This document shows positions 20,799-29,595 of a stretch of 64,000 nucleotides of DNA, in pieces. The position numbers were made by a program, and so were the translations under genes. The stretch lies in NCBI GenBank assembly GCA_944391215.1, contig CALXSR010000015.1:16776-80775 (forward strand). Reading direction: 5' to 3'. Below the pieces are notes generated by a model. The model had not been told where the DNA came from. It did no database searches and saw only the letters and a list, made by a program, of their open reading frames with translations. Position 1 is the stretch's first letter; each line of letters starts with the position of its first letter. The DNA is from an uncultured Clostridia bacterium (GTDB taxonomy: Bacteria > Bacillota > Dehalobacteriia > UBA4068 > CALXSR01).

Positions 20799-21284
20799 TT
20801 AACGATTCGGATCTTCTGCCGCTTTCAGTACGCTTGCAGAAGGTTCTAATTGCTCGCGCAAACAAGATAATTGTTCAATTAATTTCCATTTCGTTCCCAT
20901 ATTTCTTTTGTTTTCCGGCAACAAAGACAGCAATTTCCCATAATAATCCAAAGCTGCTACGCGCTCATCAAAATCATATAAAATACGGACGTCTTTTTCT
21001 TCTTTCTGAATATATTCTATCACGGAACCCAAACAAATATCAATTTGCAATTCTAATTCTGTAATTGGTAAAGTAACCGTATAAAAACTTTCCAATAGTT
21101 GTAAGGATTCCCCCAAGGGAGGAATTGTATAAGAAATATTTCTTTTTTTAACAGGAGAGCAAAACGCCTCTTCCTGGGTTAATTCCTGTAAAAGGCCCCA
21201 AAAAAGATGACTGCTTTCAGCCCCTGTTTGCTCCTGTTTCAAATATTTTTGCAATTCTTTACTTAACTTTTTATCTTCGTCCAT
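20799..21284 (-). CDS. Hypothetical protein
   Basis: 161-aa ORF 8 bp downstream of thiN; no motif recognised. Confidence 0.6.
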   Translation of the reverse strand: MDEDKKLSKELQKYLKQEQTGAESSHLFWGLLQELTQEEAFCSPVKKRNISYTIPPLGESLQLLESFYTVTLPITELELQIDICLGSVIEYIQKEEKDVRILYDFDERVAALDYYGKLLSLLPENKRNMGTKWKLIEQLSCLREQLEPSASVLKAAEDPNR

Positions 21285-21292
21285 ATTCTTTC

Positions 21293-21961
21293 CTATCCCA
21301 TCTTTGGCTCCTTAAAATAATGGATCACCAATAGGACCCCTTTTTTATGACTTATTTTTACTATATTTTCTCGGAAGACATTGCTAATTCCTCTCGAAGA
21401 TCCAAATTTTAAACTTTCTTCTTGTAATAAATATTTTGTATTTTCCAAGGTAATCTGCGATACCTCTCTGCTTAATGGTAACAAACTCAGCAAATCTCCT
21501 TTTTGCCCATTTAAAACAATTTCCCCAGGCAATCTGTAATAGCCTTGCCAATTTTCGCCAATTAAAGTGAAAGAAATTGCCTTTTCTGCTTTTTCCAACA
21601 ATGGCACAGGCAAATAAAGATTTGCTAAACTATGATCTATTCTATTTCCCGTAGCTGCCAATAAAACAATATCAGCAGCCCCTAAACGGCAAGCGACTTC
21701 AATTGCAAAAGCACTGTCGGTAAAATCTTTCTCGCAAGGAACCGTTAAAAAGACCGCATCCCTCTGCTCAAAATACTTTTTACTTTCCTCCGGCAACGAA
21801 TCCATATCGCCTACAATATAATGCGGGCAAAAACCCATTTGTTGCGCATAAACCGCTCCGGAATCCGCTCCAATAATATAATCCGCTTCCTGTAAAGCAA
21901 CTTTGGCTTTTTCATTTTCTTTAAAACAACCGCCGCATAAAATAACCGCTTTTTTTCCCAT
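21293..21961 (-). CDS. thiN: Thiamine diphosphokinase
   Basis: GADSGA, GDMDS, KDFTD, RIDHSLAN, GISN. Confidence 0.92.
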   Translation of the reverse strand: MGKKAVILCGGCFKENEKAKVALQEADYIIGADSGAVYAQQMGFCPHYIVGDMDSLPEESKKYFEQRDAVFLTVPCEKDFTDSAFAIEVACRLGAADIVLLAATGNRIDHSLANLYLPVPLLEKAEKAISFTLIGENWQGYYRLPGEIVLNGQKGDLLSLLPLSREVSQITLENTKYLLQEESLKFGSSRGISNVFRENIVKISHKKGVLLVIHYFKEPKMG

Positions 21962-22034
21962 TTTGCCCCTCTTATCATGATAAAATTACTTTTTTAATTT
22001 CAGATATCGTTACTATGATCATAACATAAAATAT

Positions 22035-23117
22035 TCACCAAGCAAAATTACCATATAAAACTTGTTGCATTGTATTCTCTTGCCAATCGTACAAACGGAT
22101 TTCCGGAATATCCCAAGTAATATTGCGCAAAGCAATTTCGTAGGTTCCATCCTGGTCAAAATCATAACAACCTAAAAAACGAATATTAGTACAACTTTCA
22201 ATGCCTAAAAACACCCAGTCTTTTGTAAATTCCTCTAAACTTTTACCATCTCGATAGTGCTCAAATAAATCCCGTAAAAAATATTGTTTATGATATAAAG
22301 GAATCACTTGTTCTCCTTTTACCAACAAAGCGGTACAATAGGTCCCAGTGTCTTCTTTGGTAATATCCTCTACAGCAATGAGCGGATAACCGTCTTCCCC
22401 ATTCGGCGTATTGGCCAAAATAATTTTTTCTTCTATCCCATCGTCGTCTAAATCAATTACCACTACCGATAAAATATGGGCAACGCTGCCCGTTAACCCG
22501 TTTGCATCCAAAAAGGTACGAACAATTTCTTCTTCCTCAGTTGAAAAATCTTCTTTTATTATCATTTGCTTTGGTAAAGGATTTTGGCTCATATTCGTAG
22601 CCATAATAGGAGACATTTCCCGGTCGTCCACATAAAAATGCATATAAAAATGATCCAAAGGAACTTCTTTTTCTAAAATATCCTGACTCATTTCTTTGAA
22701 AGGTAAATTAAAATAAAGCAATGCATTGCCATATTCTTGATCTTTTCCTTCCATATAATAAGGCGCAAAAATACTGTTGCCATCTTTATCCAACCACTGG
22801 TCGTCAGTATATAATTCTGGATGCCATATTAACCGATTGCTTACCGCTATTTGTTTTTCCATATCGTATAAATAATATTGCGGCACGCTGAACAAAGAAG
22901 ATAGCGGCATGGATTGCGCCTTTTGGTTGGCAGACTCTTTTTCCGGATCACCTACAAAACTATGCCAGGCAGAATCTTCATAGTAGCCCAATAAATTTCC
23001 CTCTAAAATAACATAAACAGGCTCTGCATTTGCTTGCGGTTCTTGTTTTTGTCCGCATGCCACCAAAAGGCAGGCCAATATGCAAAAAGAAAGCATTCCT
23101 AATAATCTTTTTTTCAT
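22035..23117 (-). CDS. Hypothetical lipoprotein with DxDxDG motifs
   Basis: Lipobox LVAC; DLDDDG and DFDQDG. Confidence 0.75.
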   Translation of the reverse strand: MKKRLLGMLSFCILACLLVACGQKQEPQANAEPVYVILEGNLLGYYEDSAWHSFVGDPEKESANQKAQSMPLSSLFSVPQYYLYDMEKQIAVSNRLIWHPELYTDDQWLDKDGNSIFAPYYMEGKDQEYGNALLYFNLPFKEMSQDILEKEVPLDHFYMHFYVDDREMSPIMATNMSQNPLPKQMIIKEDFSTEEEEIVRTFLDANGLTGSVAHILSVVVIDLDDDGIEEKIILANTPNGEDGYPLIAVEDITKEDTGTYCTALLVKGEQVIPLYHKQYFLRDLFEHYRDGKSLEEFTKDWVFLGIESCTNIRFLGCYDFDQDGTYEIALRNITWDIPEIRLYDWQENTMQQVLYGNFAW

Positions 23118-23272
23118 TGTAAATCCTCCTATTTATTTCATTGACGCAAAAAAGGGGCAGAAAGTTACAAAAAACAAGAGAAGAAAAAGAAAGTAGCAAG
23201 CTACTTTCTTTTTCTTTCTTCTTATAAAATATAGAATAAAATATCTAAAACATTCCGTTTCCACCAAATTTT

Positions 23273-24529
23273 TTATAAATACAAGAAAACAATCATCCCC
23301 ACAATACAAGCCAGTATGCCAGGCCCTAGCGTTCTTTTGGTCAATTCCATAGGACTCACCTTCACCAAACCGGCCGTTAAAACCGTAATACCGGAAACAG
23401 GAGAAAGCTCCCGCCCTAAACTAGCAGTTAAAAAGGCCAAAGAACCAATTCCTTGGGCGCTCATGCCAAATTCTGCGGCATAGGGGGTAATGGAGGTATT
23501 AAAAGCCAAGGTAGGCGCATCTCCAGAACCAGAGATAATACCAATCAATAATGGCCCAAAAGTAGCCGCTATCGCAGCAATAGAGCTGGAATTTTTCATT
23601 ACTTCAATTAAAGCATTCGTTACCCCAATTGCTTCCATACCAGCGGTAAAGGCGGTAGCCGTACCAATAATGGTTACCACGTCACGTACCCCCACGCCAA
23701 TCCCTTCACAAAAGGAGCGTACCATATCCGCTGGATTTTGACGGACACAAATCATGGTCACAATCAAACAAATCAACATAGCCTGCGGCACTGATAGGGC
23801 CGGGAGTAAATGCACTTGCGGAATGCCAAGCATAATTAAAATAATAGGCAAAACAGGCATAAGTGCTTTTAAATAATTTACTTTAGAAAAATCAACTTCT
23901 TCCAAGCTCTCCTGGGCAACATATCCCCGATCTTCTTTCATAAATCTAGCTAGAAGCATACAAGCAATGGTCATAATCACCAAAACAATCAAACCGGGCA
24001 CCAAATTTTCTGCAACCAAAATGGAAACTTCTTTGCCGCAAATTTCAGCTACCAAAGCATTATGCCCAGAACCGACGCTAAAGAAATTCCCCCAACCGCC
24101 TAAAAGCAAAACGCTGCCAATCGCCCCTGGGTGAAACCCCGCTTTCAGCATAACATTAATCAACACCGGTCCAATCGCCGCTACCGCTCCAGTAGGACTT
24201 ACCAAAGCCATACCCACAATCATAGTAATAAAAATACCGCCTGGTATCATTAAAAAGCGGGCTTTTGACACAAACTTAAGTAAAAAACGAGCTAAATGCG
24301 CATCACAACCAGTCATTTTCATAACAAAAGCATAACCCATTGCCGTCATAATAATAGGAACCAAAAAACTGTTGACCAAATAGCCGGTAAATTTGTCAAA
24401 AGCCAATAAAAACTGCCCTGAAATACAGCACATTAACAGTCCGGAGGCAAAAAGGACCATTCTTACCTCATATTTCTTTAAAATGGCCACAAATGTCAGA
24501 AGAATAATGATAACACCTATCCATACCAT
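23273..24529 (-). CDS. dcuC: DcuC-family C4-dicarboxylate transporter
   Basis: Polytopic; KKYEVRMVL, MGYAFVMKMTGCDAHL, SGSGDA, LGRELSPV. Confidence 0.75.
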   Translation of the reverse strand: MVWIGVIIILLTFVAILKKYEVRMVLFASGLLMCCISGQFLLAFDKFTGYLVNSFLVPIIMTAMGYAFVMKMTGCDAHLARFLLKFVSKARFLMIPGGIFITMIVGMALVSPTGAVAAIGPVLINVMLKAGFHPGAIGSVLLLGGWGNFFSVGSGHNALVAEICGKEVSILVAENLVPGLIVLVIMTIACMLLARFMKEDRGYVAQESLEEVDFSKVNYLKALMPVLPIILIMLGIPQVHLLPALSVPQAMLICLIVTMICVRQNPADMVRSFCEGIGVGVRDVVTIIGTATAFTAGMEAIGVTNALIEVMKNSSSIAAIAATFGPLLIGIISGSGDAPTLAFNTSITPYAAEFGMSAQGIGSLAFLTASLGRELSPVSGITVLTAGLVKVSPMELTKRTLGPGILACIVGMIVFLYL

Positions 24530-24591
24530 AACTTTTCCTCCTTTATCTCATTTTATTTGGGATAAAATCTAAGTGGTCATGGATCATGTTA

Positions 24592-24606
24592 AATTATCTG
24601 ACAATT
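24592..24606. promoter_or_regulatory. Putative CodY box
   Basis: AATTATCTGACAATT, 2 mismatches to AATTTTCWGAAAATT, upstream of dcuC. Confidence 0.45.
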
Positions 24607-24710
24607 TATATGCCAATCAATTAAAAAATAGCACAATTTTACAGAATAATCAATATTTTTATTAAGATAAAATAAAAAAGGCCCGTTAGGGCCTCTGAAA
24701 AGTTTTTAAC

Positions 24711-26099
24711 TTATTTTTGGCGGATAAAGGTATCGATAGCCTTGGCTGCATTTTTCCCCGCACCCATGGCTAAAATCACCGTGGCCGCTCCGGTTACAGC
24801 ATCCCCGCCGGCAAAAACACCGGAACGCGATGTTTGCCCGCAATCTCCCGCTGTGATAATGCAACCTTTGGCATTGGTATCCAATCCTTTTGTGGTGTTT
24901 CTTAACAATGGATTGGGAGAAGTACCAATAGACATAATAACACAATCCACATCTAAAACAAATTCCGAGTTTTCTTTCACAACCGGCCGTCTTCTACCAG
25001 AAGCATCCGGTTCACCCAATTCCATCTGCACACATTCCATGCCGCATACAAATTGATTTTCATCGGTTAAAATACGCGTCGGGTTCGTCAATACATGCAA
25101 AAGAATTCCTTCCTCCTTGGCATGTTCAATTTCTTCCAACCGAGCCGGCATTTCCGCTTCACCCCGCCGATAAACAATAAATACCTGTTCCGCCCCTAAT
25201 CGCTTAGCACAGCGGGCAGCGTCCATCGCCACATTACCGCCGCCGACTACCGCCACCTTTTTCGCTTGCATAATAGGCGTATCGCTGTCTTCTTCATAAG
25301 CTTTCATTAAATTAACCCGCGTTAAAAATTCATTTGCGGAATAAACTCCCTTAGCATTTTCTCCAGGAATATTCATAAAACGCGGCAACCCAGCGCCGGA
25401 ACCAATAAAAACCGCTTCAAACCCATCGTCAAACAAATCATCCACGGAAAGCACCCGGCCAATGACCATATTCGTTTGAATTGTAACACCCAGTTCTTTT
25501 AAATTATCTACTTCTTGGCGCACAATTTCTTTCGGCAAACGAAATTGCGGAATGCCATAGCTTAACACGCCGCCCGCTAAATGCAATGCCTCAAAAACAG
25601 TGACCTGATAACCCATTTTCGCCAAATCTCCGGCGCAAGTTAAACCGGCAGGCCCAGCGCCAATCACCGCTACTTTGTGACCATTATTTTGAGGGATATC
25701 TGCTTTTTTCTTGCTGTTTTGCATATGATAATCGGCCACAAAACGTTCCAAACGACCGATTGCAACCGGCTCTCCCTTTACGCCACGAATACATTTGGCT
25801 TCACACTGACTTTCTTGCGGGCAAACCCGACCGCAAACAGCCGGTAGGGAACTGGATTTGCTTAAAACAGCATAGGAACCTTCCCAGTCTTCTTCTTTTA
25901 TTTTCTCAATAAAAGAAGGAATATCGATAGAAACCGGGCAACCAGCTACACAAGGTTTATTTTTACAATGCAAACAACGATTGGCTTCGTCAATCGCCTG
26001 CTCCTTACGATAACCCAAAGCAACTTCCTGAAAATTATGGCTGCGCTCTACATGGTCTTGTACAGGCATTGGATTTTTTTGCAAAGACATATTTGGCAT
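24711..26099 (-). CDS. nfnB: Nfn transhydrogenase large subunit (GltD-like)
   Basis: RCLHC..PC..GCP, CGRVCPQE.QCE, GAGPAG, GGGNVAMD, GGD; paired with small subunit. Confidence 0.85.
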   Translation of the reverse strand: MPNMSLQKNPMPVQDHVERSHNFQEVALGYRKEQAIDEANRCLHCKNKPCVAGCPVSIDIPSFIEKIKEEDWEGSYAVLSKSSSLPAVCGRVCPQESQCEAKCIRGVKGEPVAIGRLERFVADYHMQNSKKKADIPQNNGHKVAVIGAGPAGLTCAGDLAKMGYQVTVFEALHLAGGVLSYGIPQFRLPKEIVRQEVDNLKELGVTIQTNMVIGRVLSVDDLFDDGFEAVFIGSGAGLPRFMNIPGENAKGVYSANEFLTRVNLMKAYEEDSDTPIMQAKKVAVVGGGNVAMDAARCAKRLGAEQVFIVYRRGEAEMPARLEEIEHAKEEGILLHVLTNPTRILTDENQFVCGMECVQMELGEPDASGRRRPVVKENSEFVLDVDCVIMSIGTSPNPLLRNTTKGLDTNAKGCIITAGDCGQTSRSGVFAGGDAVTGAATVILAMGAGKNAAKAIDTFIRQK

Positions 26100-26939
26100 T
26101 TAGCGCACCCCCTTAAACAAATTACAAGTCTCTTCGTTCCGTTGTCTTTCAAAATCGCGATACATAGTGGAACGTTGCATTGCTTCATCAAAGTCAACCA
26201 AATGGCCGTCAAAATCCGGGCCATCCACACAAGCAAATTTGGTTTCGCCACCAACCGTTAACCGGCAGCAACCACACATGCCAGTTCCATCTATCATAAT
26301 AGGATTCATACTAACCATTGTTTTAATCCCATATTCTTTGGTTAGTTTACAAACAAATTTCATCATAATCAAAGGACCAATGGCAATCACCTCATCATAA
26401 GTTTCCCCTTGATCCAATAATTCTTTTAGTTGATCTGTCACCAATCCTTTTTTACCATAAGAACCATCGTCCGTCACTACAAATAACTGATCGCTGGCCT
26501 TTTGAAACGCTTCTTCCAAAATCAAAAGACCTTTATTCCGGAAACCGACAATTGCGTGCACCGTTGTTCCCTGCTGATGCAACTTTTTCGCAATCGGATA
26601 AGCGATTGCACAACCAACGCCTCCGCCAATTACGGCAACTTTTTTTAGCCCTTCCGTATGGGAAGGAATCCCCAAAGGCCCCACAAAATCAGCTAAATGA
26701 TCGCCGACTTGCAATTGATTTAATTTATTGGTAGTAGCCCCAACAATTTGAAAAATAATCGTGACCAATCCTTTTTCACGATCAAAATCGGCAATCGTCA
26801 AGGGAATACGCTCCCCTTTTTCATCCACTCTTAAAATAATAAATTGACCCGGTTCGGCCTTTTTGGCAATCAGCGGCGCCTGAATTTCCATCAAAGTAAC
26901 CGTTTCGTTCAATTCTTGTTTTTTTACGATTTCAAACAT
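26100..26939 (-). CDS. nfnA: Nfn transhydrogenase small subunit (FAD, 2Fe-2S)
   Basis: GERIPLTIAD, GGGVG, MIDGTGMCGCCR, FACVDGP; start ATG 26939 with GGGAGG RBS. Confidence 0.88.
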   Translation of the reverse strand: MFEIVKKQELNETVTLMEIQAPLIAKKAEPGQFIILRVDEKGERIPLTIADFDREKGLVTIIFQIVGATTNKLNQLQVGDHLADFVGPLGIPSHTEGLKKVAVIGGGVGCAIAYPIAKKLHQQGTTVHAIVGFRNKGLLILEEAFQKASDQLFVVTDDGSYGKKGLVTDQLKELLDQGETYDEVIAIGPLIMMKFVCKLTKEYGIKTMVSMNPIMIDGTGMCGCCRLTVGGETKFACVDGPDFDGHLVDFDEAMQRSTMYRDFERQRNEETCNLFKGVR

Positions 26940-27087
26940 GTTGCAACCTCCCCTTGCTATTTCCAGAATCCATAGCACAAACATAATAAGCATACCATTT
27001 TCCGTAAAAAAGAGCAAGGAAAGCCCTTCAAAGAAAAGGCAAACTATGCTATGATTAAAAGAAAGAAATCGGAAAAGGAAGTAAACC

Positions 27088-28341
27088 ATGAAAAAACTTG
27101 TCGCTTCCCTGATGTTGGCTCTTGCCTTATTAGGCTGTAAAGAAACAGTCGCCTTAGGCGCCACCAATTTAGATCAACTGCATACCTATGATTTTTCCTT
27201 TTATTTAGAAGACGTTATGGTACTGTCCCCCACATCAACAAGCGCTTTTATCAATGGACAAACTGTTGTGGGCAATCAACCTCTTTTAATCGACAATCGT
27301 ACAATGGTACCGGTTCGTTTTGTGGCAGAAGCAATGCAAATAGGCACTGTGGAATGGAACCCCTCCTTACAGCAAATTCGTATTATTACACAGGACGACC
27401 AGGAAATAAAAATGTTTATTGGCCAAAATACCATTTTTTTAGATCACGGTACCTACCAAATGGATGTTGTACCACAGGTAGTGGAAAACCGTACCTATAT
27501 TCCTCTGCGCGCTTTAGGAGATATTTTAGGCAAATTTACGTATTATGACGAACCGACCCAGCTGATTGTCATACGAAATGCAGACGTTGCGGAACCATTA
27601 GAATATCACAGCGGTATTATGGCTTATCTACAATGGGCCATGCAAGATCATGAAATCGTTTATAGCGACAGCCTTGTCACTTTTATCCGCAAAGAGGGCA
27701 AGCTTTATCAAATATTGGAAACTTTTGATGAAAACGGTTATGCTATTGAAGAACAACCTTTTGACATTGCTAACAACAGTTTTTTATGGCAAACACAAAA
27801 AGTTGGCGAGAATTGGTATTTCAGCTACCATCCAGCGCTCGCTTCTGCCAATTATGCTGCAGTTTATGAACAAAATGCCAAAGGAGAAATTGCTTTTATT
27901 GCCGATACCTATGCTTCTAATTGGCAAGTATATCATGATTATTTTTATGTTTTAGATAATATGCCGTATGAAATCAGCCCAGAAAGCGACACTGCTTATG
28001 CCGGTAATTTACAAAGGATTTCCTTAATCGACGCCAAAAAAGGACAACCGGGTAACCCATCTACAGGCTGGGAAAAATTAGGCAAGGAGGGCTATTTATA
28101 CGGTTATCCGGTACGGTTACACAAAAATACCAACGATACCTATACTGTAGTGGGCCGCATATCCGATACAGCGCCCCAACTGATTACGCAGGAAGACGGT
28201 ATCTATTCTTTCGGTGTGGAATTATACGCTGCCAATGCTTTGCCCACTTTGGGTTATTATAAAATTGATTTAAGCGGAATACGCAATCATGAAAAAATAC
28301 GTGATTGTAATCCCGATGAATTTATGATTGAAAACGAATAA
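27088..28341 (+). CDS. Secreted protein with copper amine oxidase N-terminal (stalk) domain
   Basis: Signal/lipobox LLGC; NRTMVPVRFVAE, NRTYIPLRAL. Confidence 0.8.
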   Translation: MKKLVASLMLALALLGCKETVALGATNLDQLHTYDFSFYLEDVMVLSPTSTSAFINGQTVVGNQPLLIDNRTMVPVRFVAEAMQIGTVEWNPSLQQIRIITQDDQEIKMFIGQNTIFLDHGTYQMDVVPQVVENRTYIPLRALGDILGKFTYYDEPTQLIVIRNADVAEPLEYHSGIMAYLQWAMQDHEIVYSDSLVTFIRKEGKLYQILETFDENGYAIEEQPFDIANNSFLWQTQKVGENWYFSYHPALASANYAAVYEQNAKGEIAFIADTYASNWQVYHDYFYVLDNMPYEISPESDTAYAGNLQRISLIDAKKGQPGNPSTGWEKLGKEGYLYGYPVRLHKNTNDTYTVVGRISDTAPQLITQEDGIYSFGVELYAANALPTLGYYKIDLSGIRNHEKIRDCNPDEFMIENE

Positions 28342-28375
28342 ATTTAGCAACTTGTGTTAGGCTATCAAATAAGGA

Positions 28376-29116
28376 GTGGTGAAAGTGGCAGAAATGCAAG
28401 CGCAACCAGTTGCGCTCTCTTATAACGAAGAAAAAAATTTAATACGGGAAGTAAATGGCATCGCCTATAACCGTTATGCAATCCGCACCCATGTAATACA
28501 ATATGGGGATGATTTGGTAGAAGTAACCAAACAGTATACGCAGGGCCTTTTACAACCAGGCGATATCTTTTTTATTACGGAAAAAGCGGTAGCCTGCACC
28601 CAACAAAGAGCCATTCCTATGGCGGATATTCATCCGCGGCCGTTAGCCAAATTTTTATGCAAATTTGTGAAAAAAACGCCCTATGGTATTGGCTTGGGTA
28701 TTCCGGAAACCATGGAAATGGCTTTACGCGAATGCGGTACACTGCGCATTCTATTGGCCGCCTTTGTTTCAGCCATTGGCAAATTATTTGGTCAACACGG
28801 CTGGTTTTACAAAGTAGCGGGAACCAAAGCACGCGCCATCGACGGCCCTTGCGATTGTACGCTGCCGCCTTATAATCATTATGTGGTCCTATCCCCAGCA
28901 GAACCGGAAAAAGTCGCGGAACGGGTTAGCAAAGCCCTTGGCGTTCCCACTTTAATTACAGATATCAACGACTTGGGAGCGGATATTTTGGGCGCCTATC
29001 CTCCGGATATTGACTGCGCACTGATGACCGAAATTTTAAGGGATAACCCATTAGGTCAATCTCATGAACAAACGCCATTTGGTATTATCCGGAAAACACA
29101 AATGCAAACAGCTTAA
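28376..29116 (+). CDS. Coenzyme F420-0:L-glutamate ligase (CofE)-like protein
   Basis: IRTHVI..GDDL, GDIFFITEKAVA, AIDG, ITDINDLG, NPLGQSHEQTP. Confidence 0.65.
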   Translation: MVKVAEMQAQPVALSYNEEKNLIREVNGIAYNRYAIRTHVIQYGDDLVEVTKQYTQGLLQPGDIFFITEKAVACTQQRAIPMADIHPRPLAKFLCKFVKKTPYGIGLGIPETMEMALRECGTLRILLAAFVSAIGKLFGQHGWFYKVAGTKARAIDGPCDCTLPPYNHYVVLSPAEPEKVAERVSKALGVPTLITDINDLGADILGAYPPDIDCALMTEILRDNPLGQSHEQTPFGIIRKTQMQTA

Positions 29117-29123
29117 AACTATT

Positions 29124-29205
29124 TTCTAAAAGTTTAGAAAAACACTTGACAGCCTTATTCTATCATTATAGAATAAGGCTGTATTTATATTCTATAAAAA
29201 TAGAA
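29124..29205 (+). promoter_or_regulatory. blaI promoter with three palindromic operators
   Basis: TTGACA(29146)-17 bp-TAGAAT; TTCTA-N6-TAGAA at 29124, 29158, 29190. Confidence 0.75.
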
Positions 29206-29223
29206 AATGAAAGGTGGAAAAAC

Positions 29224-29595
29224 ATGGAACCGTTGACCAAGGCCGAATTTGAGTTAATGGAGGCAGTATGGCAAACCTCCATCCCAATTACCAGCAATCG
29301 AATCAAAGAAAATTTAGCCAACGGCAAGGCCTGGAAGGCTACCACCATTTTAACCCTACTAGGAAAATTGATTGATAAAAACTATATCCAAGCCCAAAAA
29401 CAAGGAAAGTTTTATGAATATACGATTTTAATTAGCAAAGAAGAGTATTTGCGGCAAGAAACACAGGGTTTTTTACAAAAGCTATACCAGGGTTCTTTAA
29501 AAAACATGCTAGCCACCTTGTATCGGGAAGATTCTTTAACAGAAACAGAAATTGCAGAAATGAAAGATTGGTTTGATCAGGAGGTGCTAAAATGA
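29224..29595 (+). CDS. BlaI/MecI/CopY-family repressor
   Basis: LTKAEFELMEAVW, WKATTILTLLGKL, LYQGSL. Confidence 0.92.
   Translation: MEPLTKAEFELMEAVWQTSIPITSNRIKENLANGKAWKATTILTLLGKLIDKNYIQAQKQGKFYEYTILISKEEYLRQETQGFLQKLYQGSLKNMLATLYREDSLTETEIAEMKDWFDQEVLK

Noticed and set aside
24711-26099. Glutamate synthase small subunit
   Set aside because: No gltB adjacent; partner is the NfnA-type FAD/2Fe-2S subunit
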